Source: Carcharhinus amblyrhynchos
Lineage: Eukaryota
Length of the DNA stretch: 64,000 bases
Assembly: GCA_965287045.1 (NCBI GenBank)
Contig: OZ336870.1
Location: 150,660,001-150,724,000, forward strand
Direction: 5' to 3'
Positions 12,343 through 24,783 of the stretch are shown in pieces (position 1 is the stretch's first letter; every line of letters starts with the position of its first letter). A program made the translations under genes and the position numbers. A model generated the notes under the pieces. It did no database searches, was not told the DNA's origin, and saw only the letters and a list, made by a program, of their open reading frames with translations.

Positions 12343-13194
12343 TGAATCTATCATAGCAGCTGGTAGAATTTATATTCAGTTAATAAATTTGTAATAGTAA
12401 CGAATGAATCGTTGTTGTAAATACTGATCTAATTCACTAATGCTCTTTATGAAAAGAAATCTGTTGTCCTTAGTTGATCTGACCTACATGTGACTCCAGC
12501 TCAACAGCAATGTAGTTTGATGCTTCAGTGCTCTCTGAAATGACCTCCAACCCTTGCTTACATGGTTCCCACAAACCTCTTTCAACCACTCCTAACCTGT
12601 ACTCAAATCTCCCCGCAACCTCCTCCCCAATACACCCCAACCCTCCATCCCAACCTCCTCCAACTTCCACTCTAATCTTCCCTGACCTGCACTTAAACTT
12701 CCCCTCAGCCCTCCCCACCCAACCACTCCTCTAACCTCCCCCAACCCCTCCAAACCTCGCCACAGCACCCTTCCCCCCCACAAGCCCCTCACCCCCACAC
12801 ACAGACAAATCATCAAATTAGTTCTAAAATAGCAGGATTTCACTTATCATTTCTCACGGAAGACTCTGCTGACAGTTGCTGGGTTGCTGTTGACCTTCAA
12901 GCAGCTTTGGTTTTCTGGCGAACTTTTCAGAAAAACAATTGGACCCACAAAGCTGTCTGAAAGTTGAAAGCAGCAAAACAGCAGCTCAGTGAAATTGACA
13001 CCAATACTAATGGAATTGCTTAAAAAAGAATCGTAACTTCCCCGTTTTGATTTTTTAAAACCCGGTGTGTGGTTTTGGCTGCCCAGGCTTGATAATGAAA
13101 ACCTCCATTTAAAACACAGAGTGTGAGCTCCCCCCCCAGCCCTGCACCCCGGTGTTTAGCACCATCTACACCTCCCTCTTGAGGGGCCTGTTGA

Positions 13195-14290
13195 TAAGTG
13201 GCAAATACCATTCACCCCACGCAAGTGCCACTCAATAACCACCTCTAGCAAGAGAGAATCTAACCATTTCCCCATGACTTTCAATCGCATTATCATCAAT
13301 AAATCTCCCACCTTCAATATCCTAGGGGTTGCCATTGACCAGAAACTAAACTGGAACAGCCATAAAACACCATGGTTACTCAGCAGGTCAGTGGCTGAGA
13401 ATTCTGCAGAGGTATTTCAGCTTCCGACTCCCCAATATCTATCCACCATCTACAAGACATAACTCAGGAATGTGATAGAATACTTGCCTGAAATAGTGCA
13501 GCCTCAGCAATATGTAAGAAGCTTAACATCGTTGTGGATAAGGCAGCCCGCTTGATTGGCACCCCATCCAGCACCCTCAGCATCTACTCCCTCCCACTGA
13601 AGGACAGTGGCAACAGTGTGTATTATCTACAAGAGGCACACTACAGCAACTCACCAAGGCTCCTTTGGCAACATCTTCCAAACCTGCAACCTTGAACACC
13701 TAAGGACAAGGGCACCAGCTGAAAGTTGCAAGCCATGCACCACTTTAACTCCGAACTAGGGTGACATAGTGGTACAGTGGCTAACATTATTGCCTCACAG
13801 CGCTAGCACCAGGGACCCGGGTTCAATTTTGGCCTTGAGTCACTGTCTGTGTGGATTTTGTACATTCTCCCCCTGTCTGCATAAGTTTCCTCCTGGTCCT
13901 CTGGTTTCCTTTCATACTCCACAGATGTGTGGGTTAGATTGATTGGCCAGGTTCAATTGCCCCTTAGTGTCAGGAGGATTAGCTGGGTAAATATGTGGGG
14001 TTAGGGGGATAAGGATTGGATGGGATTGTTGTCAGTGCAGGCTCAATGGAGCAAGTGACCTCTTTCTGCAATGTAGAGATCCTATCATACAATGAATGAT
14101 GTTGCGTTCCTTCACTTTCACTGAGTCAATCCTGGAACTCCCTCCTTACCAGGACTGTGGGTGTACCCACATTACATGGGATGCAGCAGTTCAAGATGGT
14201 GCCTCACTATCACCTTCTCAAAGGCAACTAGCGATAGGCAATAAATTCTGGCTTAAGCAGTGATGCCCACATCCAATGAGAGAATAAAAA
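13195..14290 (+). mobile_element. Old L2/CR1-group LINE 3' end, split by a SINE
   Basis: ILGVAIDQKLNWNSH and LSTIYKT motifs. 3' end GGCAATAAATTCTGGC...GCCCACATCC, also seen at ~52450-52500. Confidence 0.75.
13759..14088 (+). mobile_element. HE1-like tRNA-derived V-SINE
   Basis: A-box-like TGGTACAGTGG, B-box-like GGTTCAATT, conserved TGTCTGTGTGGA...TTCTCCC core and CR1-like tail. Confidence 0.85.
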
Positions 14291-14809
14291 GTATATTGGA
14301 CTTGAAGTGTTAATTCTGCTTCTGTCTGCACACATGCTGCCAGACCTGATGAATTTTTCCATTAATTTTTGTTTTTATTTCAGACCTCCAGCATCTTCAG
14401 TACTTCGCTTTTGTTTTAGAATCCAGAGTTATGGTGGGCAGACAAGAAAGTGGAATTAAGAACACAATTGAATTAGCCATGATCTCATTGAAAGGTAGAG
14501 CAGGCCGAACAGACCAAATGGCCTACTCAGGCTCATCTTTCTTATTATTTTAAGGTTGAAGCCTATCTTCTGAAAACAAAATCCCTTTGTGCCTTAAGTA
14601 ACTTTCAGCCAAAATAACCATATTTTAATTTAAAATATAATTCAAATTTTCCCCAATTCATAATTGAACTTGAAATTTAATATATTTAATTGACTATATT
14701 AATATGTGCAAACACCATAGAAACATTGATCTATGCAATGGGTTATAAATTCAAAAGTCCAAATTTTTATTTGTTATTCTCTGGTTGTGAGCCCCAATAA
14801 TATTGACAT

Positions 14810-15490
14810 TCACATTTGGAAACTGTCTTTTTTGAAGTAAAAACGCTTATTCTATTTCTTTCTCATCGAAATTTGGCTGTGCTGCCTTTTAACTTATTTC
14901 TCTTTTCCCTAATCCTTTTATTACTGATCAAATATTCAACCAAGGGTTTTTTTTTATTCACTGCCACTGCCCCATTGCCATCACACTGTCAATCTTTTTT
15001 TGTTGGCTTATTCTTTTCCATTTGCATGAAGATTATCACACTTCATTATAAAGGTACCGTAGGCATCATTGGCATTTCCCTCCTTCCCTAGTGTGTTTTT
15101 GGATATAAATTTCTGCCACACCATCCATGATAATACCCCTTTATCATTGGCGTGCATTTTACTTTTTTGCAGCTGTTCTTTGTTTGGCCTTCTCCTTCTT
15201 GAATTCTGCCATTATTGTATTTTACAGCTGTTTTCTATTTGGCTTTATGCTTCTTAGACTTGGTCTTCATATTTTTGCAGCTGTTCTCCATTTGGCCCAC
15301 ACCTTCTTAGACTCAGCTTTTTTGGAGATGATCACTCTTCATTTTTCCCATTTACAACAAATCTCATTTAATGCCAGTTGAATGTAATGATTGTATGGTT
15401 TTACAATGGTCTCCCAGACACTTTCACATTAAAAGACCATTCAATTTTCTATTTGGTCTGCTTGCTTAACAATTTGGATACTACTCGCAG
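14810..15490 (-). pseudogene. Pseudo-exon with a Lys-rich ~18-aa repeat
   Basis: Frame ASSIQIVKQADQIEN*MVF*CESVWETIVKPYNHYIQLALNEICCKWEK*RVIISKKAESKKVWAKWRTAAK... Confidence 0.6.
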
Positions 15491-15491
15491 G

Positions 15492-15782
15492 TAAAGTAAA
15501 AAGTAAAGTTTACTTATTAGTCATAAATAAGGCTACATTAACACTGCAATGAAGTTACTGTGAAATTCCCCTAATCACAATAGTCCAGTGCCTGTTTGGG
15601 TCAATGCGCCTAACCAGCACATCTTTCAGACTGTTGGAGGAAACCGGAGGACCAGGAGGAAACCCATGCTGACATGGGGTGAACATGCAAACGCCACACA
15701 GACAGTAACCGAAGCCAGGAATTGAACCTAGGTCTCTGGCGCTGTGAAGCAATAGTGTTAATCACTGTGCTACCATGCCACC
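15492..15782 (-). mobile_element. tRNA-derived SINE, variant with an (ACTTT)n tail
   Basis: Same head and core as the HE1-like SINEs with a different 3' end. A similar tail occurs at ~37400-37505. Confidence 0.8.
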
Positions 15783-16155
15783 CCAAGATTTCAGGTGACA
15801 GGTGTCCTTCATACTGTTTCTTGCTGCATAGTCGCCAAAGTGGTTTGCCAGAGGTGGAAGTAGTCAACCTCTAGTTCTAGGACTCATCTAAATCAAATCC
15901 TTGGTGGTTCAGCCTTCACTCAGTCTACTGTTGACAGTCCTTCCTCCCCCTCCACTCAGTCTGCTAATGACAGCCCCTCCTCCCCCTCCCTGCTCCCCTT
16001 AAAAAGCAACAAATTCAGACTTGTGCTTGGTTCACAAAAATATCATTAAAACTAAAATCTTTATATAGTTCATTTGGGCAGTAACTAAGTCAAGTGGTTA
16101 TTATATTCATAGTTTAACTTGAACATAAAAAGTTATTCACGGTTATTCATCATAC

Positions 16156-16600
16156 GTGGAAATGCATGCTTCTACTGTACTGTCTGAACAAAGAAAATGC
16201 TTAGACTGATCTTTCAGTGATTGTTCTTCTACTGCACATTGCATTATGTGATACCCCTTTGCTTAGTTATGAATAAACTTCACAACATGATATTCCACAT
16301 GATGATATTTGTTTGTTCGGTTCATTTCAGCAAGTTTTTTGTTGCTGCTACCTTGGTCAACAATGAACACATTATATGACAGCCCTATTTTTATCCTTTT
16401 GCTGACATCTCTCCTTTCTCAGGTGCTCTATCTTGAATATCAACAAAGTGGAACCCTGGTTAGCATCAACAAAATAATAATGTTGTGGGTATAACATAAA
16501 ATCTGTCACTCATGCACACTTTGAACTAACCTACCATTGCAAATTGTGATGTATTCTTAATTTCTTTGCTATCTTTGATAAAGGTGACAACTTTGACTTC
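16156..16600 (-). pseudogene. Two pseudo-exons (16535-16600 and 16156-16455) separated by a 79-nt GT-AG intron
   Basis: EVKVVTFIKDSKEIKNTSQFAM|GSTLLIFKIEHLRKERC..., then after a frameshift IGLSYNVFIVDQGSSNKKLAEMNRTNKYHHVEYHVVKF. Phase 0 junction. Confidence 0.65.
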
Positions 16601-17244
16601 CTGTAATGCTTCTCTTCTACTGTCCCCCTCCATGCACTGAACTCAGCTCCGGTCCTATTGGACGCCATCAAGCCACTACCTCCCCTGGTTCTTTTACCCA
16701 GAGTCATTCCCATAATCCCAACCTTGATCAACCCCCTGATATCATCTACATGTTATCCCACACTGGGAGCAATAAAGAGCCAGCTTCCCACCATACCCAG
16801 ATAATATCCAAGTTTATTTCTCAGCCTCCAACTTAGATTCCATTGCTGTCGCATTCCTTCACAGCTGCCTTTTGATTTTGAGGGCGAGATGAGTAATAAT
16901 GTCATTGCAATCCCTATAGAGACAGATAACTGTTAAAGAAAGGAATCATTTGAAACCAATGAAAAGGAAACTGATGGGCATGATTTCACTTTTATAAACT
17001 TTTATTGTAAAAGACCAATTAAACGCATCATTCAAACATTAACTAACAGGTTAAGGACATTTTAAGTTTAAAGTTAAATTTCACCTTTGTAAGTAATTAA
17101 TACAATTAAGATACACCTCACGTAGTTAAAAGCACTCAGATCGCAACCCGCACGAAAGTGATATCACGGACAATCTCACAGTCTTTCCACATTTGTAGAA
17201 TTTCTAACTCCCCACCAAATCATTTTGCCTCATGAGTTATGTTC

Positions 17245-17817
17245 ACCAGTATCCTTATTCCACCCAAAGTTCCAGGATATGGAAAGCACTGACAAGGTGT
17301 ACATCTATGAACCTTCTGTCATTTGGGTCACAACAGTCCTGACTGCATAGAATCCTCAGAGACTGCTTCTGAATTCTGTTTAAATGGCCTGGTGGATTTT
17401 GGAAACACTGTGTGTTGGATGTTATCCAATCCACAATCCCTGATTCTTCCCATCTTCAATTCTCTCCTCTTTTCAATGGGATAACATACAAAGTAACACA
17501 GCTGCTGTTCTATTCCCAAAAGCCTATTTTGACACCAAATTCTGATCAAAGACTACCAAACATGAATTGTTCCCATTCAGAGAGAATCTTGCTTGTTTCT
17601 TCTTTACACAACTTCTCAGTTTGTCCTGAACTGCCAAATATAAAACACTGGCTAACCTAACCCCGATAACGTAAGCGTTTTGTTCATTGTTTTGTTTCTT
17701 AGCTGTTCATCTGCAATGACAACCTTACGGTCACATAAAAATTTCTTGAAATCTTATTATTTCATAACGAGAAAACCAGCTAATCTTCTTTCAGAATACT
17801 CCTCAGCCCACTTTCAT
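17245..17817 (-). pseudogene. Pseudo-exons ~17729-17817 and ~17245-17630
   Basis: DESGLRSILKED*LVFSL*NNKISRNFYVT|gtaagg. Also EKLCKEETSKILSEWEQFMFGSL*SEFGVKIGFWE*...FIDVHLVSAFHILELWWNKD in one frame. Confidence 0.6.
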
Positions 17818-18154
17818 CTTAAAGGGGCATCACACAAAAAGAAAATGTGTGTTTTCTCAACTACATGGATCATCACACATTCCACCCTCAATAGAAAAAG
17901 TCTTTATTGAATTTAAGATGTCTTCATAATCCTTTCAAAATACAACATGTTTTTACATTATAAATAATTCAACAAAGACTTTAATAAATATTCTACAGAT
18001 AACTGAAAGGCAATACCAGTAGGAAGGGTGAGAAAATCCCACCCAAAAGTAGGGAGGGAAGATTCTGAAATTGTTGAATTCAATTTTGAATCCCTAAGAC
18101 TGTAAAGTGCCTAATCGAAAGACATGATGCTGCTACTTAAGTGAATGTGGAAGG

Positions 18155-18510
18155 GAGGCGCGGTGGCACAGTGGTTAGCACTGCTGCCTCATTGTGCCAG
18201 GGATCCAGATTCGATTCCAGCCTCGGGAGACTGTCTGTGTGGAGTTTGCACATTCTCCCAGTATCTGCATGGGTTTATTTCTGGTGCCCTGGTTTCCTCC
18301 CACAGTCCAAAGATGTGTTGATTAGTTGGATCGGTCATGTTAAATTGCCCCTTAATGTCCCAAGATGTATAGGTTAGGGGGATCAGCAGGGTAAATGTGT
18401 AGGGTTACAGGGATAAGCGAAGTGTAGGCCTGGATAAGATGCTCTGTCGGAGAGTCAGTCCAGACTTGATGGGCCAAAAAGCCACCTTCCGTACTGTAGG
18501 GATTCTTTGA
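18155..18510 (+). mobile_element. HE1-like SINE, near full length
   Basis: GGCGCGGTGGCACAGTGGTTAGCACTGCTGCCTCA head, GATTCGATTCC B box, V-core and CR1-like tail. Confidence 0.9.
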
Positions 18511-18519
18511 TATTAGTAG

Positions 18520-20070
18520 AAAAATGATCTATAACTGCTAAGTTTCTGCATATTTCCAAAGAGAAAAGTATTTTCAAACACTTTAAACTTCTATTCATGG
18601 TTTGACGCCCATCCACAACAGGCCAAGAACAGAGATGATAGTGTGAGAACAAGATTCCCAATGATCATACACTTTCTTTATGGAATGCCTTTCTAAAATG
18701 ACTGCACATAGCCTTCATACATTTAAAAGCTTCCTTAAAACGTTTTACTTCCTTGTTCAATTTTACTATTCACTCTTTTATAAAATGAAATGCTGCAGTG
18801 CCTCTCTGGTGCCTAGGGACCTTATTAGTTCTTGGTTTTCTATCCAATTTTTATTACAGAACTGCTATCACTGGTTGCTGTAACTCTGGCAGTAGCACTG
18901 TAATATAAATCTGCCAACAGAGAGGTCAATAGCAACCTAAGGCAATTGTAACCTGATGTGCCGTGAAGACAAAATTGTTGATGGTGGCCAGCGCAGATGC
19001 ATGCTATGAAATCTGTAAACTCTCTGATTTCACACCATTTTCTGATTATTGAATGTTTGCAGTGCAAACCTAATTTTCCAACATGTGCATAAAACTGGCA
19101 GTGAATCAAAAGGAACAGTGGAGGCGGGGGAGAGGGCCAGTATACAGCAGTGGTAGTAAAGGGGGGGTGGTGTACACCAGTGGGGGTAAGGCAGGGAGCA
19201 GTGTACTGCAGTGGTGTTAGGGGTGGGGGTTGGGGGGGTGGTGTACAGCAGTGGTGCTGGGTGTTGGGGGTGTACAGCAATGATGGTGGGGGTGGTGAGG
19301 GCGGTGTACAGCAGTGATGGTGGGGTGGGTGGGGTGTGGCATACAGCAGTGGGGGTGGGATGGGGGTGGTTGGTGTTGATGGGGGGTGGGGCGGTGTGGT
19401 ACTGATCTGTAACTGCTAAGTTTCTGCACATTTCCAAAGAGAAGAGTATTTTCAAACACTTTAAACTTCTATTCATGGTTCGGGAGAGACTGTGTTTTTA
19501 CGTCCATTCACAATCATAAAGAGCAGCACATGGGCAATTATGCAATATCATTCCTCAGTTACTTTCAGTGCTGTGGAATCTAACGAATAAATAAACCTAT
19601 TTTTAACCCATTTTTCCTGCATATTCCCAAGAGGGGAAATAGTATTCTCTTGCATTCATCTCAGAATCTTGTACACATTCTGAGGGATAAATCAACAGGA
19701 CATGGGTATTTTTGGATGTTTGATGAGATGTATGAAATAGTCTTCATTGTTTTCACAACCCCAGCAGATTAGTCCAGCTTTTTGCATTCTCCATAGCTTT
19801 CTTTCAGGTATCTCTGATACCTTTCCAGGTGCAAAATTCTGTGTCCTTTCAGGAAGGTTTGTCCATATAATCCACACAGCAATTTTCCATAAAGTTGTCC
19901 CTTTGCAGTAACAGCGATCTTTTAGTTAGTGACTCACTTATTTAAAAAAAACACAGATCTTTCTCAAATCGTTCAATATGTCCATAGGTATTGAGGAAGC
20001 TGTAGTTGGCTACTTTTGTGACATGACTTTATGGTCAGAGTCTATTTCTTCCCTTGTTTGGATGTTGAGC
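18520..20070 (-). pseudogene. Pseudo-exon segments ~19600-20070 and ~18520-19110
   Basis: KVANYSFLNTYGHIERFEKDLC; GKLLCGLYGQTFLKGHRILHLERYQRYLKESYGECKKLD*; HVGKLGLHCKHSIIRKWCEIREFTDFIAC. Confidence 0.6.
19125..19402 (+). repeat. G-rich degenerate minisatellite, ~30-40 bp unit with core GTGTACAGCAGTGG
   Basis: About seven copies of the core separated by G-tracts. Confidence 0.85.
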
Positions 20071-20392
20071 CAAGATAATCAATAATTAGGGCCAAAGTTG
20101 TGTGCTAAATCTAGACTTGCACCTTTTGACCAAAATAGCCCTCTTTTTTCTCAACACTACTTGCACTCTGAAAACTATATTGAAAGCAAACCTGCTATTT
20201 GCCATGTCCGAGTCCTTCTGCTTGAAAGCACAACTGTTATGGTCAGCTTGGCGACAGAAGAAAGAGCTGTTAACAGGGAACTATGGCCGGCATTCTCCGG
20301 AATGAAAACAAAGTGCTGCCACCAGCAGGGAAACCAGAGGGTTTCCCGTTGGTGCTGGCAATGCTTGCCAGGTGGGATTCAATCAACCACTG

Positions 20393-20585
20393 AGGTGGCA
20401 CAGTAGTTAGCACTGCTGCCTCAGAGTGCCAGGGACCCGAGTTTGATTCTGGTCTTAGGTGATTGTCCGTGCAGAGTTTGCACGTTCTCTGTGTCTGCAT
20501 GGATTTCCTTTGGATGCTTTGGTTTCCTCCCACAGTCCAAAGATGTGTAAGTTATGTGGATAGGCCATGCTAAATTGTCCCTAAA
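20393..20585 (+). mobile_element. HE1-like SINE, 5' part
   Basis: GGTGGCACAGTAGTTAGCACTGCTGCCTCA head and V-core. Confidence 0.85.
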
Positions 20586-20664
20586 TTGTCTCCATATTTC
20601 CCAATATAAGGAGAAGTCGAGCCACGAGACCCCCATTCTAGGGGGAGTACAGAGGTCAATCCAA

Positions 20665-20724
20665 CCACACACACACACACGCACACGCCCTGCGCCCCGC
20701 TCCCCCCACCCCTCCCACCACCCC

Positions 20725-20782
<58 letters not shown>
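20665..20782. repeat. (CA)n microsatellites flanking a poly-C tract
   Basis: Direct inspection. Confidence 0.95.
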
Positions 20783-20783
<1 letters not shown>

Positions 20784-21659
20784 CGGTCTGAGCCCATCCA
20801 ACTCCCAGGACCTCTGGAGGATCCTCCCTCTGCAGCCTAGCACTGGCAGAGGGGCACATGGGCACACCTCTTTGCCCCCCCTCAGAGTCCAAGACACTAG
20901 GTCCCTGCTTGTCAGGATCTGCACTGTTTGGCTCCCACAGGACTTCTGATAGAGCAGGAGCATGACTGGAGAGAGTTGAATCAGGGCTTCTGCCTGCAAA
21001 CCACTTGCAAATTTATGTTAAACAGCTGACATCACGTTCTTGCCTGCTCTGTCCGAGAACCTAATTCTTAAGGATGTAGCAGACTGGGAGACTGGGAATG
21101 CGATTGACACCTGGTGGGAATACTGATTTGGCCCTCTTGCCAGATTTGATGGACCATCAGGATTCCCACTTGGACTAGCAGGCCCGGAGAATTGCCCCCT
21201 ACATAACACCAATTCCTAAATGACTCACATTGTTCAAATCAGATATGAAAGGGCACATGATGTGAAGATCACAGTTAACACCTGAAAGCCTAGTTATCCA
21301 AGTAGTTCATAGTTTACCATTGCTAGGTATTAGTTGTGTACATTATAATGGAGGAACTGTAATCCAGGTAAATTAACTGAAGAATAGACGAGCTGCTAAC
21401 AGCTGACGGGGCCATGATTATTTTGGGGCAGGTTTCTCTGCTCACTGATACCGTGAAGGTAAATGCAAAGTAGACATCTCAGTGGCCGAATAACTGGAGT
21501 GTCTAATATTATTATCTAATTGTTCTACATGAGTAAGATGGGTATGGAGGAATATGGGCCAAATGCAGGCAGCTGGGACTAGCTTGGTGGTAAAAACTGG
21601 GCAGCATGGACAAGTTGAACTGGAGGGTCTGTTTCCATGCTGTAAATCTCTATGACTCT

Positions 21660-22508
21660 ATGTTCCCAGTATCAATATTTATTTGAAGTTCAATAGCACC
21701 TCCATGGAGGACATGGGCCCTATCTAAAAGCATATTGAAAAGTTAAAGAAGCAATTTTCTGCTTGTCACCATCTGCCGTAGCCAACAACAGATCCAATTC
21801 AAGCAGCAAGTGCGGCTGAAAAATTAAATCATTGCTCATTTTATCATTTGTGGGGTTGATAGGAGAGAAGATTTTTAGAGAAGACAAGACACTGCTGAAG
21901 GGACACCCTGCTAAGTTGAAGGAGTTGGTGGAGTGTGAGATAAAATTGGTGTGGGCGAGGAATTTCTGGAACAGGAAAGATGATTACTGTTGAGCTTTAA
22001 CGGAATGTGTCCTATAGCTCACTGTGCAAAATTCCACAAGACACCCACTAATATATAAATGATTGCCTTCTTGGCAGAGCTGGCTGGCTCTTAGCAAAAC
22101 TAGATTGCATGCTCAATCCTACAGCTAGATACAGATAACTTTAAACAAGAAAAAGGCAGGGAAGATATAATCAGTTTCTTTTACAAACATGATTATTGTT
22201 GACAGCACCATGAAGAACAGCAGAGCAGCAGTAGTTATCACTGCTGGTAATGAGTGCTACTGTGAGAATTCCATTAAGATTAAATAAAGTGAAAGGTACT
22301 TGAGGGGTTTCAGAAGTTACTGTGCTTTTTATATAGTGCGCCTACCTGTACTTGAATGAAACATTTATTAATATTGGCTGAGATAAAGCATTAGAACAAT
22401 GTTGTTGAAAAAATTGAGACTGGGCACTTGCCAAGTTTTCTAACTCAGCACCGATTGTATCAAGAATTGCAAAGCTTTCATGTGAAGAAAAGCAAATGCA
22501 GGTACTGT
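21660..22508 (-). pseudogene. Pseudo-exons 22346-22508 (open) and ~21660-22259
   Basis: AG|..STCICFSSHESFAILDTIGAELENLASAQSQFFQQHCSNALSQPILINVSFKYR|GTAGG. Also NDLIFQPHLLLELDLLLATADGDKQKIASLTFQY. Confidence 0.65.
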
Positions 22509-23204
22509 CTATGTTTTCATTCAACACTCTTCAAAGATGTGCAGCGAGATTTAGCAAGCCCATTTGTCACAGACTCAAGTCCCATTATGGCCATTAAATA
22601 TCGGGATTTGCACTGGCAAGATCTTGGTTTGAGATCTTCCCCGCCCCTCACCAATGATGTGATCAGATTTATGGTGTGAAAGGGCATGAACCTGATTTTC
22701 ATGATTTTAAATGTTGTTGCATCTGGCCCTGTTGAATGCTCCCTCCAACCAGGTGTGATGTCACACCAGAGGGAATCACTATTGGTTTTCAAAAAGGATG
22801 ACCACATTGAGGGTGTGGAGGGTGAGTATAGCCTGGAGGGTCATGGTCAGGCAGTATCAGCAGAGGGTCACCCTGATACTTGCATGGTGAAGGGGAATGC
22901 CTCCTCACCATTGAGTGGTGGGAGGGTGTACCCCTCTGCGTGCGACTGTTGTGGACGTTCCCTTTGTCTGCTGGAGGTCCCATTGTCCACGTGGGGGAGT
23001 CCTGATGTCCATGGGCTCTGTAACGCCAGAGTGATGATGCAAACCATGCCCCTTGATTTTTCTTTGACATTGTGCCAAAGATCTGGTGAGAAAACCTGAC
23101 TGAGTTTCTGGAGAGAAACAGATCTATTTTCGGTCAGAACCTGACACTTTGCCATTTTTCTACGAAGTTTCATCCATGGCGGGCAGCTGCCAAATGGATC
23201 TAGC

Positions 23205-23697
23205 ACAAATGTTTCTTAAAGGCCAGGCATCTAAAGTGGAGATAAGGTCTTTTTTGATAACTTCTTATTGCAAAGTGCTTGGACATATTCAGAATGTTTT
23301 TGGAGACCTTTTGTATTAAGCTCCTGGGATTGCTGCGGAGAATAGCTGCACCTACATAGGGAGGGAAGAGGAATATGTTGTTTGTGCAGACAAAGCCACA
23401 ACAAGTAGGACTGCCAGTGTCTCTGGGTCTGCAGGAACATGGGGAAATGTAGTAGAAGATGTGCAGAGGGCAAGCTGTGCATAATGCCAAAACGTACTGC
23501 TGGTCCTCTGCCAACTTGTTTCCAGACTCATGCTCTTTGGCCCCATCAGAAGGCTCTTTGACAAAGCAGCCGAAGCATCCAGAGTCTCGGTCTTCAGCAT
23601 TCTCCTGAGGTTCTCACCTGCATCTTCTAGAAGAAAACTCATCTTTGGCCTCACCCTCTGGGAAGATGGTAAACTAACCATCCTTTACACATCACCT
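23205..23697 (-). pseudogene. Pseudo-exon containing ORF 23352..23681
   Basis: tcAG acceptor and a 109-aa open stretch (SFLLEDAGENLRRMLKTETLDASAALSK...) in non-repeat sequence. Confidence 0.55.
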
Positions 23698-24783
23698 GAT
23701 TGCAGCACACTGGATGGCCAGATGATTCACCATGTAGTGATCCCAAAGCTATTCTTGCCTACAGGGTATGTGCAATGCCTGGACCTGAACTAGCAGCTGA
23801 AAATATCAGGTTGATTGACAGGACCTCTTAGTCAGTACCATGCTGCTGTTTGCTTTCTTCCTCTTTGGGCATCCAATGCTGGGTAAAGGGCAGATTTTGG
23901 CTGTCTGAAAACAGGAAATCTGAAAGGGAAGGTCAGCTACACCATTAAAAATTAATTATCATGCCAAATCTCGGGATGGGGGCTGTGCTGGGAATTGAGA
24001 ACATGCCCTCACCTTCAATGTTCTCAGTGATATCAGATGCCAGATGCTCATTAGCTGAGAGCCATCTCCACCATAGGGCTTAGAAAATACAGGCATACAC
24101 TGCTAGTTGTGCTCATTTCCATTTTATTCTGTGTCACCTCGTCCTGAAAAAGGGAGGGAAAATGCTGGTGATTTTACAGCACCGTTTTTGTTGCTGTGTC
24201 TATCATAGTTGAATAACTGAAGATAATTGAAGGTAGTGAGATGCAGTGTAAGGCTGCCAGCAATGGTAACTGTGTGATGGAGTATCTGGATATTAGACTT
24301 GAATCCTAAATGGTTGAGAGTGCTGCTGGGTGAGTGATGCTGATGTGCTGCACAAATCAGCAGGAGCAGTTGGTGGTGTGGAAGAAGTTGGTGGCGTGCA
24401 TTGACTGGCATTGATCACCTGGGTGAGGATGTTTTATCCCTTGGGGACTGCTGCCAGGTCAATGAGTCCAGAATCCAGGAGTTGATATCCCTGCCTACCT
24501 ACTCCCTTTCCCTTCTTAGGGTGGTTCTTTAGGGTCTCTTGGCCTCCTGTGGAATCATAAGGCCTCTCCTTCTGTCCACCTCTACCATTAGTACCTCCAA
24601 TGTTGCATCCATCACTCTTATAGATAAATTTGCGTGTTTCCCACGTTGCCCTGTACGGGTGCAGGCAGATTACAAATTGCAATACCTGTGCCAAAATTAT
24701 AGGATCATCGAAACAAAAATCTAATTTTGATCCTATAAACCCTCAGTTCCCACCACAGCACCTTCCTTGTCTATATGGCTTAC

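Noticed and set aside
18155-18230. tRNA genes at SINE heads
   Set aside because: A/B boxes are present but each continues into SINE core and tail, with no complete cloverleaf.
20421-20999. ORFs with CVCVCV, HTHTHT or poly-G/P runs (also 60275..60533, 19030..19476, 12470..12843)
   Set aside because: Translations of microsatellites and low-complexity G/C tracts.
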